This document shows, piece by piece, positions 60,558-64,000 of a stretch of 64,000 nt of DNA. The stretch is taken from the NCBI GenBank assembly GCA_023213395.1, contig CM041465.1, positions 183,589,741 through 183,653,740 of the forward strand, written 5' to 3'. A program made the position numbers and the translations under genes. The stretch is from Cycas panzhihuaensis. Its lineage: Eukaryota; Plantae; Cycadophyta. The notes under the pieces were generated by a model. The model was given only the letters and a program-made list of their open reading frames with translations. It had not been told where the DNA came from and ran no database searches. The first letter of the stretch is position 1. Every line of letters starts with the position of its first letter.

Positions 60558-63500
60558 CATGCGTAAAACTTCTTAAGGAACATCCCATTAACGGCTTTCT
60601 CAAATTCGAGCCTCCGTGGTGGCTATCCTATAAGCACCATTATCGAGGGATTCGATAATGACAAAAGGACCAACCCATCAGGGTTTGAATTTGGTCAAAC
60701 GGTCATGGAGATATTCGAGCTTGAGGACATAGTCCCCAAGAAACAAAGGGCGGGAACGAAGGCGTTTATCATGGGCCCTTTGTGAGCGGGCTTTGGATGC
60801 TAGGTTAGCCTGATAGGCGGCTAAGCGTCTCTCATCCAAAGCTTCGAGGTCGAGCAGGCGGGCCTGACGGATCGACTCTTCGTCGATGAAACCTCGAAGG
60901 GAGACTCGCAAGGAAGGAATCTCCACCTCCAATGGGAGTACCGCCTCGACTGTGAGACCGTGGAGAACAGGGGTCATTCCTGGCGGGCGAATCTGACAGA
61001 GGTACGATAAGCCCACAAGGCGGAGGGCAACTGAGGGTGCCAATCCCTTTGGGATTGAGCAACGGTTTTCTTGAGGATGCTGACAAGAGTCTTATTAAAA
61101 GACTCCACTATGTTAGAGACCCACTTGGGGTAGTCAATAGAAGTAATGAGCCCAGCGTCCAGAAGCTTCTCTACGTCCATCTTGACGGCGGTAGAGAGCT
61201 TCGGGTGAAGGGGACGCCGCTCGACGTCTGGCGGGCGCCAGGAAGGGTGGTGAGGTTATGAGTGACAATCGAGGGTCGATTCCTTCATGTCAAGATAATC
61301 CCACGCAAAATGTCTCAAAACTCCGGAGCGAAGGGAGTATTCTCTTACCTCATCAGAGAACATTCCAACCCAACCTTAATGACCTCGCCCGGCCAAGACT
61401 ACGCCTTGAGTTGCCCCCATGCACATGGCGCTGCCCTCCTCGAAGTGGAGAGGGCAAGATCAACGGAGGAGGAGGAATAGGAGACGGATCGGACGGCAAG
61501 CGTGGATCCGATCGCGAGGATCTTCCGGTGACCAAGCCGTGGTGACCGTAAGGCGTGTTAAGGCGCAAGGCCCGCTAGATGCTCAGCGTGGTCGTCCTCG
61601 AAATAATCCACCTCATGGATGACCTTACTTCGAGTAGGAGAAGCGCTGGAGGGAGTGAGAGCAACGGGACCGTGATGACCATCGGGTTGCTCAGCTTCCT
61701 CGCGGAAATCTAAAAGGAAACCAGGGAGAGGCTCCTCGGAAGGAGCGAAAGGCAATTCCTCAAAACCATTACCTATGGGGGGTAATGAAAAAGGAGAACT
61801 GGCGACAGGCGGGTCAACACGAGCGATGACGTGTGACACGCACGAGAGGCTAGCCTCACCAACGAGAGAGGTTCTAGACGGGGATCTAGAACAAGGCAGG
61901 TGCGACCCATTGGCGCGAAGGAAAGAGACGGGGTGATGACAATCATCGTCTTCGTCGAGCGACTCATCATCGCTGAACGAAGCAAGGTACCCGTAACTCC
62001 CAACGCCAATAGGGGCGAACCGCGTGAGACTAGGAGGAGAAGACGCGGGGCCTTCCTCAGACGGATTAGGTATACCAATAGAGCAAGCCGAGGCATGGGT
62101 AGATGAACCTTGGTTTACCGAACTGGTAGAACGAGTTTGTTTAGTGAAAGGGCGTTCGCGGGGGATCACTCTCATCCGTCCGTCATGGACGAATTTAAGT
62201 TGTCCCCAAAGGGTCGAGCACACGGCTCCCATTTGATCGAGCCATGGACGACCTAGAAGGAGGTTGTAATCCACATCAACGTCAAGGACTACAACGTTGG
62301 CAAGAACGGTCTTACCCTCAAGGGTAAGCGGAATCGCGATGCATCCCGGAGGGGTCTTCGCCATCACATACCTTGGCATCGCCAGTGAACAGGTTCCATA
62401 TGAAATACCAAGCTCTTGCATGACACGCAAGGGCATGAGATTGACTAAGAACCGTTGTCGACAGCTTCTTCAAGAGTACAATCAGCGATCGATGGTGATG
62501 GTGAATGGGAAGTTCCACCGACGCTCCTTTCACCTAGGGGAAGATCCTTAGGATCAAAGGAAATAGCGGGTCCACAACCTTGGGCGACACCCAAAGCGTG
62601 GATGTACATCACTCGATCCTAAAGCTTCCAGGAGGAGGGCCCACGCCGGACAACTCCTCGAACGCCCATCAAGGACATTCTGCGGCGACCGTATGGAGCT
62701 CGCCCACGACAGAGAAAGGCTTACCCTTCCCAAGAGGGTTGGGTAAGTGCCCTTCGAAATCGTGAACGACCCGCGCACGTGAATAGCCTTGGGAAAGAGA
62801 GGACTTAGGAGGAAGGGTCTCCAAGAGGGCTCAAGGAGCGGAAGAACCAGAATTCCCCGCTTCCTTAGCGGCTTGAGATCGCGTGGGGTGAAAGCCTCGA
62901 GTTGCTTCAAGCAACCGGATCATCTTCTTCCCCTGCTCGGGTCGTGAAGGCGACGGGGTGCGGCGGCTAGGAGAACGAGAAGAGGAAGAAGAATTCCGAG
63001 CGCCCTTCCCTTTGTCACGGGAAGGACGGGGATCAGGCGATCTTCCTCGGTTACGGTTGTTCTTGGTTTGGGTATTGCGATCGCGTTCCCCGTGCTTAGG
63101 GAACGGATCCTTATGAACTGGTTGATCCAAATTAGGCCTTGAGGCTCGTTTGGGAGAAGAATCGCGTCGAGGGGCATCCTTTGGATGCTGGGCCCTACAA
63201 CGCGAATCGTCGTGGAAGCAATCCCCATGAATGGAGCACCACTTCTTCTCAAGCGGAGGGTCAGACCTTCTCGCTTGAGAGGACTGGGCGTTTCCATTCC
63301 TGGGAAGAGGAGCTTGGGTAGTCTATTGGACTTGTTTGTTTGATGTAGGGGATGAAGGATCTTGAAGCTTGAGCTCCTTCATCATACGCTCGAATGAGCG
63401 TATAGCTGATGTGAGTGGGTCTAAAGTCCTCTCGGTAGGATGAGAGGAAGACCGCCATCCGGGAAGGTTTGGTATCTTTGGTAGGGGTGGTGCCTCACTG

Positions 63501-64000
63501 CCAGGAGGGCTTAAGAGGTTTCTTGAGACCCGCTGATCTCAATAGCCTCCAACGCCAAGCACTTGGCGATCGCGGAATCACATGTGGTCGCCCCATCTTG
63601 AGGACTTCCACATGGACTTCGTGACGAAGCGCATTGACGATTGTGTCTCGCTCAGCCTCCCGCAATGTTGCCTTAGTGGAGTGAAGCAAGTCGTGGAATC
63701 GCCGCACAAAGTCACGATTCATCTCATCGTGACCTTGTTTGAGCGAAGAAGGGACTTCATTCCGCCTCGAATGGACGAGGTACATCAAAATAGTTGATGA
63801 ACTCATCCACCAATTCTTCGGAATGAATGGATTGAATGGGCGTGAGACTGAGAACCATTTGAGGGCGCCACCGCAGGATCTCGAATAGTTTCATCAAAAT
63901 ATGGTCGTAAGCCCAAGAATCGATGCATGCCATAGAAAACTACGGACATGCTCACGGGCCCTTGACGAAGTTCCATCGAAGCTAGGAACTTGGGGATGAG
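60558..64000 (-). pseudogene. Tat gag-pol: gag, protease, S/P-rich linker, RT N-terminus fused to integrase C-terminus
   Basis: ORFs 63495-63806, 61558-62436, 60974-61180 (VEKLLDAGLITSIDYPKWVSNIV|ESFNKTLVSILKKTV...ALWAYRTSVR) and 60678-61043 (EAVLPLEVEIPSLRV). Confidence 0.88.

Larger units (their letters stand above)
53493..64000 (-). mobile_element. GC-rich Tat-clade Ty3/gypsy element with internal pol deletion and long 3' accessory region; continues past the window end
   Basis: Sharp GC/CpG step at ~53490; gag (IPKFPSFDG..LMKLF..GALKWF..LKQG), protease (YNLLLGRPWL..MGAVCSTL), DIFAWDY, integrase tail (WVGPF..NGAYRI..VNGMFLKKFY), extra RNase H. Confidence 0.85.

Overview
Gene-free, repeat-dense plant-type DNA. 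The element spectrum suggests a large, heavily methylated genome such as a gymnosperm or fern (inference). No host protein gene, tRNA/rRNA gene or CRISPR array is supportable. From left to right: (1) a 2.2-kb compound AT/AC/ATGT microsatellite, partly bracketed by a ~38-bp inverted repeat; (2) a chromovirus integrase/chromodomain relic; (3) an old minus-strand Athila-like Ty3/gypsy element (X, ~8.8-38.1 kb), split by an L1 LINE that itself holds an intact-structure CRM-like element, a second near full-length L1 and a 5'-deleted Copia; (4) a plus-strand copy of the same Athila-like family (Y, ~38.6-50.8 kb), split by a gag-protease-only LTR element and a 5-kb LTR element with no recognisable gag/pol; (5) a tRNA-derived SINE; (6) a GC/CpG-rich, younger Tat-type element from 53.5 kb to the window end. 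The Tat element is the most interesting object. Its pol has an in-frame deletion fusing the RT N-terminus to the integrase C-terminus. Its 3' region holds a divergent pair: an archaeal-type RNase H next to the 3' LTR and an intron-containing antisense PMD/coiled-coil gene, with a TATA dyad between them. All calls are by eye (manual translation and motif recognition); no database search was run.
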